DNA from: Ilumatobacteraceae bacterium
GTDB lineage: Bacteria; Actinomycetota; Acidimicrobiia; Acidimicrobiales; Ilumatobacteraceae
DNA: 64,000 nucleotides
Direction of reading: 5' to 3'
Assembly (NCBI GenBank): GCA_044341035.1
Contig: JBIISL010000002.1
Span: forward strand, 16,224 to 80,223
Under the pieces are notes generated by a model. That model did no database searches, was not told where the DNA came from, and saw nothing but the letters and a program-made list of their open reading frames with translations. Positions within the stretch are counted from its first letter, which is position 1, and the number at the start of each line of letters is the position of its first letter. The translations under genes were made by a program, and so were the position numbers. This document shows, piece after piece, positions 7,811 through 22,075 of this stretch.

Positions 7811-10252
7811 ATGAGTAAGCACGTAGAGCAACTTCTTGACCAAATGTCACTAGCCGAGCAGGTCTCCTTGCTGGCTGGTCGCAATATGTGGAACACGGTG
7901 CCAAACGATCGCATTGGGTTAGAAAAGATGCGGGTCAGTGATGGTCCTGGTGGAGTTCGTGGAAGCAAGTTCGACGGGCCATCGTCTATGAACGTGCCGT
8001 GCGGAACTGCAATTGCAGCATCATGGGATACAGCGCTTGTGCGCGAGATTGGTGAGTTGTTAGGCAGAGAAGTAGTTGCAAAGGGTGCACGTGTTCATCT
8101 TGCCCCTACTATCAACTTGCATCGCACCCCAATTGGTGGTCGCAACTTTGAATGCATGAGTGAAGACCCGTATCTCACTGCAATTACTGCTCGCGAATAT
8201 GTCTTGGGCGTGCAATCGCAAGGCGTTGCTAGCTGCATCAAGCATTTCGTGGGTAATGACACAGAATTTGAACGCATGACCATTGATTCTCAGATTGATG
8301 AGCGCACACTGCGTGAGATGTACTTGTTGCCCTTTGAACATGCAGTTCGTGATGCTCAGGTCATGTCAATCATGACTAGTTATAACCGAATCAACGGCCC
8401 GTACGCTGCGGATTCCACATGGCTACTGCGTGATGTGTTGCGTGGAGAGTGGAACTTTGATGGCATGGTAGTTAGCGACTGGTTTGGTCTTCATTCAACT
8501 GTTGAAGGTGTAGTGGCTGGGCTAGACCTTGAGATGCCGGGCCCAACATTGCATCGCGGAGATGCACTAGTTGCAGCCGTAGAGCGCGGCGAAGTTTCCG
8601 CAGATCTTGTTCGTGACTGCGCACGCAACATTCTGAATCTGATGGAACGTACGGGTGGAACGGATGTGCCGCCCGTACCAGAAATTTCTCGCACAGATGC
8701 CGATGACATGGCGACTCTGCGTCGCGCCTCATCATCAGCGATGGTGTTGTTGCGAAATGAGAGCATCGGTGACGCCCCAGTGTTGCCACTTGATGTGCGA
8801 GGCGTAACTTCAATCGCAGTTCTCGGGCCGAATGCTTCACGCGGCATGGTTCAGGGCGGCGGAAGTGCTCATGTAACTCCCACTCGTGAATCACACCCAC
8901 TTGATGCAATAACAGAGCGTCTCGGTTCCTCTGTACGCATTGAACACTCAGCGGGTTGCAATATAAATAAAAAGTTGCCAGAGATTGATGCACGACTTCT
9001 ACAAAATGTTTCCCTTGACTATTACCGTGACCCGGCGGAACTTGATGATGCAAAATCAGTCCCCGCAGAGTCGGGAACTACTGGTGTATTCCGACTTATT
9101 TGGGCAGGCGATCCGCTGAATCGGCGTGAACCTAACTTCGCTTTTGGTGCGCGCCTGGCAGCACAATTGACTCCTGATCAGACTGGTGAATGGGTATTTA
9201 GCATCGAATCAGTTGCGCCAGTACGCGTCATCATTGACGGTGTAATTGTTCTTGACAATGCAGATGTTCCTGCAGGCGGATCTTTTTTCGGAATGGGCAA
9301 GCCCGAAACTCTCGTCACAATCAATTTGGAAGCAGGGCGTACATATTCGTTCGTTATAGAACTTCGCCACACACCTACTGGTGCAGGCTTGAGCGGTTTG
9401 ACAATCGGAGCAATGGGGCCGCAACTTGAAAACATGATGGAGGAAGCAATCTCCATTGCTGCCTCGTGCGATGTAAGCATCGTGGTCGTCGGTACAAACG
9501 ACGACTGGGAAAGCGAAGGTTGGGATCGCGACACGATTGCGTTGCCAGGTGAACAGGACGAATTGGTTTTTGAAGTAGCAAAGGTCAGCAAGCGCACCAT
9601 CGTTGTCGTTAATGCCGGATCTCCAGTATCGATGCCGTGGCTAGATGATGTTGAAGCCGTTATCTATGCATGGTTCCCGGGACAAGAGTTTGGTGATGCA
9701 TTAGTTGATCTATTGGTGGGCGATGTTGAACCATCAGGACGCCTTCCCGTCACTCTTCCTCGACGACTTGAAGACACGCCAGCATTCGAACACCACCCTG
9801 GACGCAATGGTGTTGCCAAATACCTTGAGGGTCGACTGATCGGATACCGGTGGTATGACACTGTTGGCCGTGAGCCGATGTTCCCATTCGGATTTGGTCT
9901 TGGTTACGCAGACGTCAAAATCATTGATGCCTCGAAATCAGGTACTCATGGTGTTGATGTAGCAGTCAGAAACGAGTCGGCACGTGCTGGTGTGCAGGTA
10001 ATACAGGTGTATGCACATCGCAAAGACCGTAATGGGCTTCCTAGTGATGAGCCCGACCAAAAATTAGTCGGCTATTCACGAGTGAAAGTGGCTGCAAATG
10101 GCACCACCATGTTGCACATTGATCTTGACCCAGACGCATACCGCATGTGGGACACCGAAACCTCTGCGTGGACTCAGTGGACTGGCAATATTGAACTACG
10201 CGTTGGTACAAGCTCACGCCACATTGCGCATCGCATCGCGATCACGTTGTAA
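7811..10252 (+). CDS. Glycoside hydrolase family 3 beta-glucosidase with a PA14-like insert
   Basis: 813 aa. KHFVGNDTEFERMTIDS and the nucleophile region GMVVSDWFG are typical of GH3. A beta-sandwich insert of about 150 aa (FSIESVAPVRVIIDGVIVLDN...) sits before the C-terminal domains. Confidence 0.9.
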   Translation: MSKHVEQLLDQMSLAEQVSLLAGRNMWNTVPNDRIGLEKMRVSDGPGGVRGSKFDGPSSMNVPCGTAIAASWDTALVREIGELLGREVVAKGARVHLAPTINLHRTPIGGRNFECMSEDPYLTAITAREYVLGVQSQGVASCIKHFVGNDTEFERMTIDSQIDERTLREMYLLPFEHAVRDAQVMSIMTSYNRINGPYAADSTWLLRDVLRGEWNFDGMVVSDWFGLHSTVEGVVAGLDLEMPGPTLHRGDALVAAVERGEVSADLVRDCARNILNLMERTGGTDVPPVPEISRTDADDMATLRRASSSAMVLLRNESIGDAPVLPLDVRGVTSIAVLGPNASRGMVQGGGSAHVTPTRESHPLDAITERLGSSVRIEHSAGCNINKKLPEIDARLLQNVSLDYYRDPAELDDAKSVPAESGTTGVFRLIWAGDPLNRREPNFAFGARLAAQLTPDQTGEWVFSIESVAPVRVIIDGVIVLDNADVPAGGSFFGMGKPETLVTINLEAGRTYSFVIELRHTPTGAGLSGLTIGAMGPQLENMMEEAISIAASCDVSIVVVGTNDDWESEGWDRDTIALPGEQDELVFEVAKVSKRTIVVVNAGSPVSMPWLDDVEAVIYAWFPGQEFGDALVDLLVGDVEPSGRLPVTLPRRLEDTPAFEHHPGRNGVAKYLEGRLIGYRWYDTVGREPMFPFGFGLGYADVKIIDASKSGTHGVDVAVRNESARAGVQVIQVYAHRKDRNGLPSDEPDQKLVGYSRVKVAANGTTMLHIDLDPDAYRMWDTETSAWTQWTGNIELRVGTSSRHIAHRIAITL

Positions 10253-10255
10253 AAC

Positions 10256-11542
10256 TTACGCCGGCAATATTGCACGGCGCACAGGTCGATCCCAACCAGG
10301 TTGTCCTGTTGGTTTCGGACTCGGCCACATGCCGGGACCCATTTCCAAAATGCCGTGGTGTGTTGAGTAATCTCCGAGCAGGTTCAGGAAGGGCACTGCA
10401 TCGAAATGTTCAGGTCCGTGAACACCTGTTGCTTTCCAATCACCCTTTGCTAACAACTCAAGAGCTACTACTGGGCACACTGCTGTTTGCCACAGCACCG
10501 CTTGAGAGCCCCACTCGCGCATTGTGGTTTCGTTATCTGCAACGTGGTACAGGTACACCTCACGTGGGGCACCGTCGTATATGCCACGTACCCATGTGCC
10601 GGCACATGTCTTTCCGTGCATGAGGTGACCAAGTTTTGCAGGGTTCGGCAATACTGCTGCCAGTACGTCACGTGGAGACACGGACGCATTGCCAACTTGA
10701 ATCTTTTCTTTCGAATCAAGACCCAAATACGCAAAAGTTTTCAACCAGTCAATGAATTCGGCACCAAGACCATATTTGAATGTGACGCGACTGCAATCCA
10801 CCTCGCGCGGAATCAGAAGAACTTCTTCATGTTCTACGTTTACGCATTCAACAGGGCCGATGCCGGCAGGGAAGTGAAACACTTCTGGCTCACTAAAGCA
10901 ATCTGTGGTGTACAAACCGCGATCCTTCTCCCACACAATCGGCGGGTTCAGACATTCTTCAATGGTGGTCCAAATAGAAAATGTTGGCGCAAAGTCGTAT
11001 CCATCAATTGACAAGTTGGATCCGTCGCGCACTCCCATTTCATGTACTTCGTCAAACAAATGATCTGCGGCGTATCGAGCAAAGATGTCGCTAAGCCCTG
11101 GTTCAACGCCCATGCCAACTAGTGCAAGTAAGCCACGCTCTTTCCATTCGTCGTGAGCCGCCAATTGTGCATGTCCCAACGTGATGCCCACTTCTTCGTA
11201 TGGGTTTGTCGGGTGAGGCTCGCTTAGGTTCATAGCCATGTCTAGGTAGTTGCACTTCGCAGTAAAACATGCCTCAAAAATTGGCTCATTAAATCGCGGG
11301 TCACAAGCGTTAATCACGATGTCTGCTTTGGTGCGAGTAATCAGCGCGATAAGTGCTTTCACATCGCCAGCATCAACTGTTTCTGCAGAGAATTTCCCAG
11401 GATCATCAAGCTCGGCCACCGCTTGTTCCGCGCGCTCCCGCGAAATGTCGGCCAACACAAAGGAGTCAAAGAACCCCCGAGTCTCAGCAATAGAGGCCAT
11501 TGAGGCCCCAACTCCACCAGCTCCCACGACGAGGATATTCAT
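10256..11542 (-). CDS. Saccharopine dehydrogenase family NAD(P)-binding protein
   Basis: MNILVVGAGGVGASMASIAE... is a Rossmann GxGxxG at the N-terminus. Overall length and layout fit Sacchrp_dh N+C domains. The ORF track opens at GTG 11563; ATG 11542 is preferred. Confidence 0.8.
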   Translation of the reverse strand: MNILVVGAGGVGASMASIAETRGFFDSFVLADISRERAEQAVAELDDPGKFSAETVDAGDVKALIALITRTKADIVINACDPRFNEPIFEACFTAKCNYLDMAMNLSEPHPTNPYEEVGITLGHAQLAAHDEWKERGLLALVGMGVEPGLSDIFARYAADHLFDEVHEMGVRDGSNLSIDGYDFAPTFSIWTTIEECLNPPIVWEKDRGLYTTDCFSEPEVFHFPAGIGPVECVNVEHEEVLLIPREVDCSRVTFKYGLGAEFIDWLKTFAYLGLDSKEKIQVGNASVSPRDVLAAVLPNPAKLGHLMHGKTCAGTWVRGIYDGAPREVYLYHVADNETTMREWGSQAVLWQTAVCPVVALELLAKGDWKATGVHGPEHFDAVPFLNLLGDYSTHHGILEMGPGMWPSPKPTGQPGWDRPVRRAILPA

Positions 11543-11612
11543 GATACTTCCAGCACTATGCACACGTGATTGTGTGATTTCAATGTTGGTCTAGGTTACC
11601 CCAGCCCCTTGA

Positions 11613-12125
11613 TCAGATTTGGCCACCGAGATGAACAGCAAGATCTTCAATGAATTGACGTTGAGTTCCCGCTTCGGGCCCAGCCATTGGGCGATGTTCG
11701 CGTATGTGTGCGAGTGCATCATTGGAATTCATTCCCAACATCATCAATAGGGCGGTACCCGTAGTACCAGCTCTGCCAATTCCAGCTGCGCAGTGCACTA
11801 CAAGAGATTGCCCATTAATGAGGTAGTCAGTCAACATCGATACAAAATCATAAATTTCATCGAATTCGGGGTATGACAAATCGTCAATGGGGTTCCATAT
11901 TCCGCGTGCCCCAGCGTGCATTTGGTGCCATTCGACATATGTGGGGTATCTGTCAGTTAGTTCGTGTTCTTGCACCAGGCAAACGGCAATGGCGTCGTCA
12001 CACTCAGCTAAAACTTCTTCAACGTTTGGGCCGATGTAATGCTTGCCGCATAGGAAGAGTCGTCCTGTTGCCGTTGGCAGTGGAATTTCATGAATGCCAC
12101 CATTGGTATTGAATGGTTGATTCAT
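11613..12125 (-). CDS. Cys-based protein tyrosine / dual-specificity phosphatase
   Basis: 170 aa with the active-site P-loop VVHCAAGIGRAGT (HCx5R). Its start overlaps the stop of the upstream monooxygenase by 4 nt (ATGA). Confidence 0.8.
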   Translation of the reverse strand: MNQPFNTNGGIHEIPLPTATGRLFLCGKHYIGPNVEEVLAECDDAIAVCLVQEHELTDRYPTYVEWHQMHAGARGIWNPIDDLSYPEFDEIYDFVSMLTDYLINGQSLVVHCAAGIGRAGTTGTALLMMLGMNSNDALAHIREHRPMAGPEAGTQRQFIEDLAVHLGGQI

Positions 12126-14023
12126 GGAGTGACTACATATTCAGACTGATCAAAGTCGTGCGTCATTTTCCAGTAATCAACGAATCGCCAGGGCATTGGT
12201 GAAAAGACCCTGCCTTGTGCATTGCGGTACCAACTGTGTAATCCAGGGTGTGACCACACCAATTCATTGTGTTCATCATCAATACGTTCGTTATATTCAT
12301 CGTGCACAGCGGTGAGCACTTCAAGGCTTGTTATGTTTTGCTCGACCATTGACACAAGGCAGTCTGAGATGTATCGCATGGCACATTCAGCTTGGAAGAT
12401 AATGCTGCCTCCGTGTGCAACAAAAGTATTTGGGCCTACCAACATAAACATGTTCGGATAATCAGGAACCGTGATGCCAAGGTATGCCTTTGGGTTATCT
12501 GTGCTCCACACCTCACGCAATGCTGTTCCGGATTTGCCACGTATGTCAATTGGGGAAAGAAGGTTTCCAGCTTGAAAACCGGTGGCAAGGATGATCACAT
12601 CAAAATCAGCTGAAGTCCCTGATGCATCAACAATTCCAGTAGCACTGATGTGGTCAACTGCTTCGGGAACAAGGTGCACACTGTTGCGTCGCAGGGTAGG
12701 AAACCATTCGTTATCGACCAACATTCGTTTTCCATATGGGGGATATGTAGGTAGACATTTCTCAACCAGATCGGAGCGACCATCCAATTCAGTGAGGATG
12801 AAATCAGTCATCTGTTCGCGGTGACGGTCGTTATGACGGTTCATTGATCGATCGGGGTATGGCCATTCAGGGTCGCGCCGCAATGTACTCAGAAGACCAT
12901 CACCAAATCGCCAGAACAAACCAAAGCGGTACCACTCTGCATAGAAGGGAACATTCTCTAGCAACCATTTGGTGCTGTCTGAAACAGTGCGGTGATAATC
13001 AGAGTTCGGGCGAATCCATTGGGGCGAGCGTTGATAAATGGTTACGTCGCCTGCAGTGTCAGCAACAGAGCGCATGAATTGCATGGCGCTTGCACCTGTA
13101 CCAATTACCGCCACTCGTTTGCCTGCAAGATCTATGGAGTGGTCCCATTGGGAGGAATGAAACCACGCTCCGGTGAAGTTTTCAATACCTTGCGCTGGTG
13201 CCAGGTTTGGTCTGTTGAGTTGACCTACTGCAGTAATTACTATTGGGAATTCTTCACTGCGTGTGTTTCTGGCAGTAATGATTGATGCAGTCCAAGTTTT
13301 TCTGTCGTTGTTCCAGTGCAAAGACGAGACTTCAGTTGAGAATTGCATATTGGAGATGATGTTGTGGCGGTCTGCAACATCATGTGCATATTGAGATATC
13401 TCGGCTCGTTTGGAAAAGTAATTGTTCCAGCGCGAGTTAGGTGCAAATGAATAGGAATAAAAATGGTTGGGAGTGTCGACGCCGGCTTCGGGGTAGTTGT
13501 TGTCAAACCATGTGCCGCCGATGTCAGGGTTTTTCTCCACCACTACATATGGAATTCCCAGTTGGCTCAGTTTGATGGCGGCGCATATTCCTGCAAACCC
13601 AGCACCAATAACGAGCACACGAAAACCCTCGGGCAACTCAGGTGGAATTGCTGTTGACCAATGAACATCACGATCAACGAACCCCAGTTCCTCTAAGAGC
13701 ATTGGTGCATATTCGGGGGCCACTTGTTCGGCCACACATGTGCGCATCATTTTGACAAACAGTTCGTTATTGATGTCGGTGGGCACTGTGCGTGTGCCGG
13801 CATTCAGCTCGTCAAGAACTGCTGCCAATGCTGTGCGGACTTCTTGCTGTGCTTCATCAGAGAGCCCGCCAGTTTCATCGTGAAACAAGTTGGTATCACG
13901 GCGGGGAAGGTAGGGCTCGCGCAGCCACTTCTCATCGCCCGTAAGTTGAACAAGACACATAAGAAGGGTGGGAATCGACGCTTCTGCGAATACAGAACTG
14001 GTGGTCGAACTCATAGTTCTCAC
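12122..14023 (-). CDS. Flavin-dependent Baeyer-Villiger-type monooxygenase with an N-terminal extension of about 130 aa
   Basis: 633 aa. FAD GxGxxG (VIGAGFAGICAA), GGTWFDNNYPEAGVDTP, the BVMO fingerprint FTGAWFHSSQWDH (FxGxxxHxxxW[PD]) and a second Rossmann motif, VAVIGTGASA. Confidence 0.9.
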   Translation of the reverse strand: MRTMSSTTSSVFAEASIPTLLMCLVQLTGDEKWLREPYLPRRDTNLFHDETGGLSDEAQQEVRTALAAVLDELNAGTRTVPTDINNELFVKMMRTCVAEQVAPEYAPMLLEELGFVDRDVHWSTAIPPELPEGFRVLVIGAGFAGICAAIKLSQLGIPYVVVEKNPDIGGTWFDNNYPEAGVDTPNHFYSYSFAPNSRWNNYFSKRAEISQYAHDVADRHNIISNMQFSTEVSSLHWNNDRKTWTASIITARNTRSEEFPIVITAVGQLNRPNLAPAQGIENFTGAWFHSSQWDHSIDLAGKRVAVIGTGASAMQFMRSVADTAGDVTIYQRSPQWIRPNSDYHRTVSDSTKWLLENVPFYAEWYRFGLFWRFGDGLLSTLRRDPEWPYPDRSMNRHNDRHREQMTDFILTELDGRSDLVEKCLPTYPPYGKRMLVDNEWFPTLRRNSVHLVPEAVDHISATGIVDASGTSADFDVIILATGFQAGNLLSPIDIRGKSGTALREVWSTDNPKAYLGITVPDYPNMFMLVGPNTFVAHGGSIIFQAECAMRYISDCLVSMVEQNITSLEVLTAVHDEYNERIDDEHNELVWSHPGLHSWYRNAQGRVFSPMPWRFVDYWKMTHDFDQSEYVVTP

Positions 14024-14070
14024 CTTATGACATGAACTTAGGGCGCTGATTGGTTGGTCTATTATTTGGC

Positions 14071-14358
14071 ATGGCCAATGGACTTCATAACCCGCTCGAA
14101 TGGATTCGCCTCATTCGTACCAATTTTCGTCGACTAGTGATTTTGATAGTCGGTGGAGTGGTGCTGTTGGCCGGAGTCGCAATGTTGGTGTTGCCTGGCC
14201 CAGGCATAGTTGTCATCATTGCTGGGTTGGCAATTTTGGCAAAGGAATTTACGTGGGCAGAACGCACGCTTGATAAGGCAAAACTGCAGGCGTCGAAAGC
14301 CACGAACAAAGTAAAGGGCACGCGTGTTTTGAAACGCAAGTCCTCTGGGACTTCTTAA
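14071..14358 (+). CDS. Small PGPGW-motif membrane protein
   Basis: Two hydrophobic helices with LVLPGPGIVVIIAGLAILAKEF, which matches the PGPGW family motif. The ORF track opens at TTG 14050; ATG 14071 is preferred but uncertain. Confidence 0.65.
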   Translation: MANGLHNPLEWIRLIRTNFRRLVILIVGGVVLLAGVAMLVLPGPGIVVIIAGLAILAKEFTWAERTLDKAKLQASKATNKVKGTRVLKRKSSGTS

Positions 14359-14369
14359 TCCTTATCTAA

Positions 14370-18312
<3,943 letters not shown>

Positions 18313-18316
<4 letters not shown>

Positions 18317-19161
18317 ACCAGCGCACGCAGACGTGTTGCAACGTCTGCTGGGTCAACGGGGTTAAAGAATTCGCCACTTGCCACTTCAACACCAGCAATA
18401 AATCTGGGTAAACCTGGCGCGCGCCACGGAGACACAATTTCGATGTTGAACCAAGCTTCTGGCCACTCATTATGTGAACGCGGCGCTTGGTTAATCCACA
18501 TCATGTAGGGAAGTGGCGCATCAAAGAGTTCATCAAGTGCCGCAAACACTCGAACCAATGTTGAGGCAAGAATCGCGCGGTCGATGGCGTTCATTTCAGC
18601 AAGGTCAGTAATGCGGTGCACAGGTGCAATACGAAGTGACACGGGGTAGACCGCTGCATATTCGCTGTACACACGCCATCCATCAATTTCAAGAATGAGA
18701 AGTTCACCAGATGCAACCTCAGGTTCCCAACCCGCAGCAATCATGCGCGCTGGGCGTGGAGGAACATGATCAAACGCGTAGATCTGACCATGAGGATGCG
18801 AAATAGTTGCGCCAATCTCTGCGCCACGGTTTTCAAACACAATGACGTACTCGCCGTTTGGCATGGCTTGCAATGCTTGCGTGCGTTCCGCCCACAGATT
18901 CACGACCGACAGTGCTTCGTCGTCCGTCAATGTTCCGAATGTTGCTTCATGGTTAGGGGAATACAACACAACTTCGCAGTAACCCTCTTCCAATGCTGGC
19001 CAACGGTTTGCAAAAGCCCGTACCGAATATGGATCGGGAGATTCCAGCCCGCCCACGCAAAACGGACATCCGGCGATTGGCAAGTTAGGCCTGTTCTGGC
19101 GGTCAGCCACCACGTGCACCACAGTGCCGAGATACGTATCGGTGCGAATCTCTTTAGTCAT
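18313..19161 (-). CDS. galT: Galactose-1-phosphate uridylyltransferase (short HIT-type)
   Basis: 282 aa. CPFC zinc-site motif and HIT-like active site SHPHGQIYAF. Sits immediately upstream of galK. Confidence 0.85.
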
Positions 19162-19241
19162 CTATTCCATTCTGTCAGTTCTCGTGAGCGTCTGCTGAAA
19201 ACAATGAGCCACACTTCTACAGCGAAGTAATTACTACTGAT

Positions 19242-20186
19242 TTATGGGTGCTTTGCGATGCCGTCAAGAATCTGAGCCACGCGAATCGAATCTGCACTAG
19301 ACACAATCCAACCTGCATCGCCAGCAATTACTTGGCTGACGTTTTCTACCATTTCAACAAAAGCGTTAGTGATGGGGAACTCTTCACGAACTCCATTGAC
19401 CAGTAGGGAACTGGTTTCATTCCACGTTGTAAATGACTCGCCTGCATCAGTGCTGATCTGCCCCTCAGAACCTTGAACAATGAACTGCTGATTGCTCGGT
19501 AATGCAAATGAACTCACAGCGTGCGCAGTGACGCCGTTGTTGATAAACACGCTTACATCGGTAGTCAGGTCAATACCGGTCGGCCCCACTGTGCGCTCAA
19601 GTTTCGAAATTGATAAAACAGTGGCACCGTGGGTCAGTGCTACCCAAGCGTGGGCTTGGTAACAACCCACATCTAGCAGAGCCCCGCCGCCCATTGATGG
19701 GTTAAGCCGGTAGTTGTCAGTCATTTCAGACGTGAAAGTGAACGCAGTCTCAATGTGTTCGATATCGCCGATTTCACCACTGGTAACAAGGTGAACCATG
19801 CGAGCAAAACGTGGGTGCCATCTGCCCCATACTGCTTCAATAAGTAATCGGCCATTGCGTGCGGCCGAATCAAACATTGCCGCTGTCTCGGCAGCATTCA
19901 GGCCAAGGGGCTTTTCACAAAGAACATGCTTGCCAGCTTTGAGCGACTTTGTTACCCATTCAATATGTTGGCTGTTCGACAAACTGATGTAGACAGCATC
20001 AACGGATTCATCTGCCAAAAGATCGAGGTAGGTTGCATGAACTCGTTCAGGTTCAAGAGTCGCTGATCTTTTCTCATCACGACTCGCAACTGCGTACAGG
20101 TTTGCTCCGCGTGACGCGTGCACTGCTGGGGCTAATCCACGACTGGCGACAAAGCCGGCGCCAAGGAAGCCCCAGTTCACCGTCAT
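19242..20186 (-). CDS. Gfo/Idh/MocA family oxidoreductase
   Basis: 314 aa. N-terminal Rossmann region (WGFLGAGFVASRG), the EKP motif (VLCEKPLG) and the typical family length. Confidence 0.8.
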   Translation of the reverse strand: MTVNWGFLGAGFVASRGLAPAVHASRGANLYAVASRDEKRSATLEPERVHATYLDLLADESVDAVYISLSNSQHIEWVTKSLKAGKHVLCEKPLGLNAAETAAMFDSAARNGRLLIEAVWGRWHPRFARMVHLVTSGEIGDIEHIETAFTFTSEMTDNYRLNPSMGGGALLDVGCYQAHAWVALTHGATVLSISKLERTVGPTGIDLTTDVSVFINNGVTAHAVSSFALPSNQQFIVQGSEGQISTDAGESFTTWNETSSLLVNGVREEFPITNAFVEMVENVSQVIAGDAGWIVSSADSIRVAQILDGIAKHP

Positions 20187-20189
20187 TAG

Positions 20190-21218
20190 TTATGACCGTC
20201 GAAGCGATGGGGTGACAGGCATCGCATTTTGAACGGCTGATTGTTCGGCGGCCTGCATGATTGCCACAACATTGCGAGACTGCAACGCATTGACTTCCAT
20301 TGGAGTTCCATTATTAATGAACTCAACAATGGAACGGTGGAATTCGTATGGCTGCAGTGGCTGCAGCAGCGCAACGCGCGACGTTCCATCAATGTGGTGC
20401 ACGGTCAAGATTGCGGGTAAGTCGGCGACCGCTGGCTCACCAGTTGGGTCCCAATCACCAATGATCGCGCCCTCGGTACCAAGAACGTAGAACTTCGGCT
20501 TACGAGCAGCAGCCAAATCAGAATGAACAAAAGTTGCTTGCTTGCCTGTTGTGAAGGTCACCGTTACATGTGCGTGGTCAGCATTGGTTGCATGGGTCCA
20601 TACGCGTTTGTGGTTTTGCCCGCTGACATGAGCAACATCGTCAGGAATGATGTTCAGAATCTGATCAAGGAAATGGCTTCCCCAGTCGAAAATTGCACCA
20701 CCTGATACCTCAGCGTTTGAGTGCCAATAATCGCATGGGCGTGAGTACCCACCCACAAAACTGTCGTAGTGATACACATCACCAATTTCGCCTGAGCGAA
20801 TTATTTCACGCATTGTCACAAAGTCATCATCAAATCTGCGGTTCTGGTACACCACCAACATGAGCTTCTTAGCTGAGGCAAGCGAAATCAATTCATCACA
20901 CTGATCTGCGGTAAGCGCCATTGGCTTTTCAAGGACCACATGAATGCCACGCGACAGCGATTCTTTAGCCCACTGAAAGTGACTATTTGGGGGAGTCGAA
21001 ACAACAACAAGATCAAGAAGGCCAGAATCAAGCATTTCAGTTGCATCACTGAACGTTGTGGCCTGCGGGGCAAGTTCAAGGGCCGCCGCAACCCGTTCCG
21101 GGTTTGTGTCGCACACTGCTAAAAGTTCAAGACCATCTGTGTTTTGGACTGCCTGGTTATGTTCGTGTCCAATTGCGCCATAAGCAAGGAGACCTACGCA
21201 AATAGTGCCTGATTTCAT
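20190..21218 (-). CDS. Gfo/Idh/MocA family oxidoreductase
   Basis: 342 aa. VGLLAYGAIGHEH Rossmann region and VVLEKPMA motif. There is a 3-nt gap to the downstream paralogue. Confidence 0.8.
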   Translation of the reverse strand: MKSGTICVGLLAYGAIGHEHNQAVQNTDGLELLAVCDTNPERVAAALELAPQATTFSDATEMLDSGLLDLVVVSTPPNSHFQWAKESLSRGIHVVLEKPMALTADQCDELISLASAKKLMLVVYQNRRFDDDFVTMREIIRSGEIGDVYHYDSFVGGYSRPCDYWHSNAEVSGGAIFDWGSHFLDQILNIIPDDVAHVSGQNHKRVWTHATNADHAHVTVTFTTGKQATFVHSDLAAARKPKFYVLGTEGAIIGDWDPTGEPAVADLPAILTVHHIDGTSRVALLQPLQPYEFHRSIVEFINNGTPMEVNALQSRNVVAIMQAAEQSAVQNAMPVTPSLRRS

Positions 21219-21277
21219 CGCCTTGAACCCTATCTGGGCCTTGTGTATAAGCGAAAACTACAGCTATGTCCCTATTG

Positions 21278-21826
21278 TCACACTGGAGAAGTCTTTGAGG
21301 CGTTCTTGCTAATAGTCAGCAGTTGGCGGCGCAGCATGAAGCCGTCACCAGGGCCAAGAATGAGCTTTTCGAACAGCGAACCAAATGGAAAGTTGGCGAG
21401 AGAGCGCATACGGGTTACTAGACGGGTTCCTTGCGGATCATCGCGTAGTTCATACGCCAGAGTGAAGTGCAGTTTCGGCGATTTCTTGCCGAGAGATTTG
21501 ATTTCCAGAACAAAGTGTCGCGGTGCCTCGACAATGGCAGCGGTAAATGAAATTGGTCCAGACGGTACTTTGTCTCCCGCTTCAACTGTTTGCCATTCAT
21601 CATGAATAGAGGTTGCACTCTTGCGACCAAGGTTGTCTAGCCAGTCGTAGCTGTACCAACCGGCGCGTCCAAAACCCATCTGGCGAATCCATGGAAAGAC
21701 ATCTTGCGGGGGAGCACTAATGGTTATGGAGCGTGTCGCAATCAGTGTTGTGTCATCGCACAAGTTGTCTCCGATAACAGCGCTTTCAATCTCTTCGGTT
21801 GTTGCGCCCCAGAATTGATACATCAT
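21278..21826 (-). CDS. SRPBCC-fold (START/Bet v1-like) family protein
   Basis: 182 aa. SITISAPPQDVFPWIRQMGFGRAGWYSYDWLDNLG is the pattern I associate with actinobacterial SRPBCC proteins. Confidence 0.65.
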   Translation of the reverse strand: MMYQFWGATTEEIESAVIGDNLCDDTTLIATRSITISAPPQDVFPWIRQMGFGRAGWYSYDWLDNLGRKSATSIHDEWQTVEAGDKVPSGPISFTAAIVEAPRHFVLEIKSLGKKSPKLHFTLAYELRDDPQGTRLVTRMRSLANFPFGSLFEKLILGPGDGFMLRRQLLTISKNASKTSPV

Positions 21827-22046
21827 GACAGAGTGAAGAGTAACAACATTCAGCTCTAGAGCAATTGTCTTTCACTAGCAACACGACATACGTATTGACA
21901 TCCTTGATGCAAATGCCAAGCGCCAAAACGTTCAGTGTGATCGTGATTAATGAGGTGCCACATGACTCAATACGTTCCACGTTCTAGTCGGTTGGTCGTA
22001 AGTCAAATCGCGGTCTTCTGGTACTTCACGGTCGATTTTGATGCTT

Positions 22047-22075
22047 TTGCTGTGAATTGAATAGAAAATATTTTC
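22047..22075 (+). promoter_or_regulatory. Candidate sigma70-type promoter (TTGCTG-16 nt-TATTTT) overlapped by a perfect 12-bp palindrome, GAAAATATTTTC (22064-22075)
   Basis: Read directly from the 540-bp AT-richer intergenic region between the divergent SRPBCC and giant genes. If used, it implies a leader of about 285 nt. No experimental support. Confidence 0.25.

Noticed and set aside
8472-11011. Long antisense ORFs 8472..9053 (-), 9178..9600 (-) and 10487..11011 (+).
   Set aside because: They overlap the GH3 and saccharopine-dehydrogenase-like genes, which have clear family motifs. No motifs of their own were found.
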